NCBI GenBank assembly: GCA_963827235.1
Contig: CAWHAE010000012.1
Location: 1,216,001 to 1,280,000 of the forward strand
Source of the DNA: an uncultured bacterium
GTDB lineage: Bacteria; Chloroflexota; UBA5177; JANWHV01
Direction of reading: 5' to 3'
DNA length: 64,000 nt
Part shown: positions 62,971-64,000 of the stretch, in pieces
Layout: each line of letters opens with the position of its first letter
How positions within the stretch are numbered: position 1 is the first letter of the stretch
Program-made: the position numbers and the translations under genes
Notes under the pieces: generated by a model
Told to the model about the DNA's origin: nothing
Databases searched by the model: none
Seen by the model: the letters and a program-made list of their open reading frames with translations, nothing else

Positions 62971-64000
62971 TTACAACCGGCGGATGCGCCGCACAGTGCT
63001 CTGCATGTTCTCCAGATCGAGGCGAATGCCGCCGTGCATCCAGCCGGCGCCCGATCTGACGCCCTGCACGTCCTCGACGGCGTAGCGGGCCTCGGGATCC
63101 AGGCCCTGCAGGTGCAGCACAGGCAGAATTGCCGGAAAGGGCAGCCAGGTGCGGAAAGCAAACAGCACGCCCGCGGCACGATCCTTGCTCATGTACTGCA
63201 CGGCCGAAAACTGGTGTTCCTGCGGCGATCGCAGGCGAAATTGATCGCCCCTCTGCACGAGCGGCCGGATTTCCTTGTAGAGGGCTATCCAGCGGGCCGC
63301 CTCCGCTCGCTCGGCCGCGGTCCACCGCGCGATATCGCAGCCGACCCCCAGCACGCCGCACATGGCAACGTGAAAGCGAAAGCTCAGCGGGATAGCGGCG
63401 GCGCCGACGTCCGTAGCCCATGATTCCATCACCGCGGCGGGAAAGAGCATCGAGAAGCCTTCTTGAATGCCCAGCCGCGCGGTAGCCTCCGTGTTGTCGC
63501 TCGTCCATATCTGGTCTGCCAGGCGGAGGATGCCGAGGTCGGCCCGACCGCCGCCGCCCGAACAGCTCTGGAACACTACATCGGGATGCCGATCGCGGAG
63601 AGCGCCCCACACGGCATAGAGACCCCGGACGTAGCGCACCCAGATCTCGCGGGCGTCGCCCGGCGCTTCGGGCCATCCGGGCTCGCTCACGCTGCGGTTC
63701 ATGTCCCACTTGATAAAGGCGATGTTGTGGCTCGAGAGCAGGCGGTCGAGGGCGTCGATCAAATAGGTCTGCACGTCGGAGCGGGCGAGGTTGAGCACGA
63801 GCTGATTGCGCGCCTCGGATCGGTGGCGCGTGGGAAAGTGGATCACCCAGTTGGGATGGGCACGGTAGAGGTCGCTGTCGCGGTTGACCATCTCCGGTTC
63901 GATCCACAGCCCGAAGTCCATGCCGAGCGTGTTTACTCGCTCGATCAAGGGAGTCAGGCCGCGCGGGAACTTGCCCGCATCGGGCCACCAGTCACCCAGA
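62971..64000 (-). CDS. GH36 alpha-galactosidase (melibiase), 5'-partial
   Basis: LGDWWPD..KFP.GL, FGLWIEPEMVN.DS, 'RNQLVLN', nucleophile FIKWDMNR, 'CSGGGGR', acid/base 'WTSDNT', GH36 C-terminal 'LQGLDPEARY'. Confidence 0.95.
   Translation of the reverse strand, partial: LGDWWPDAGKFPRGLTPLIERVNTLGMDFGLWIEPEMVNRDSDLYRAHPNWVIHFPTRHRSEARNQLVLNLARSDVQTYLIDALDRLLSSHNIAFIKWDMNRSVSEPGWPEAPGDAREIWVRYVRGLYAVWGALRDRHPDVVFQSCSGGGGRADLGILRLADQIWTSDNTEATARLGIQEGFSMLFPAAVMESWATDVGAAAIPLSFRFHVAMCGVLGVGCDIARWTAAERAEAARWIALYKEIRPLVQRGDQFRLRSPQEHQFSAVQYMSKDRAAGVLFAFRTWLPFPAILPVLHLQGLDPEARYAVEDVQGVRSGAGWMHGGIRLDLENMQSTVRRIRRL

Overview
High-GC bacterial window. The gene repertoire (cytoplasmic multi-PAS kinases, an XRE-HTH/ATPase regulator relic, Gram-positive-type CUT1 sugar ABC systems) suggests a soil Chloroflexota/Actinomycetota-like organism; this is inference only. 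About 49 kb is a carbohydrate-scavenging island: (i) the end of a CUT2 sugar ABC operon; (ii) two divergent orphan histidine kinases, one carrying an N-terminal MerR/excisionase-type HTH with a CxxC motif; (iii) a GntR/LacI-hybrid-controlled alpha-mannoside locus (ABC, GH125, GH38, MFS, GH127 relic, epimerase, GH2, UroD-like enzyme); (iv) a FadR/GntR regulon defined by a visible 29-bp operator, linking a hydroxyacid-oxoacid transhydrogenase, an RraA-type aldolase, an ABC importer, ThuB-like/ThuA, an SDR and UxuA, which is a candidate undescribed glycoside/sugar-acid pathway; (v) a second GntR/LacI-hybrid locus with GH38, ABC, a GH42/GH14-like enzyme, UxuA and a frameshifted GH2 beta-mannosidase. 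The 49.4-59.9 kb stretch is a patchwork of pseudogene fragments (XRE-ATPase, ECF41 sigma, YVTN propeller, Cap4-like nuclease, FG-GAP), a MITE-like element and secreted or immunity-like genes. The window ends with GH36, a second UroD-like gene and an aldo-keto reductase. No rRNA, tRNA, CRISPR array or intact transposase was seen. All family calls are by motif recognition, not database search.
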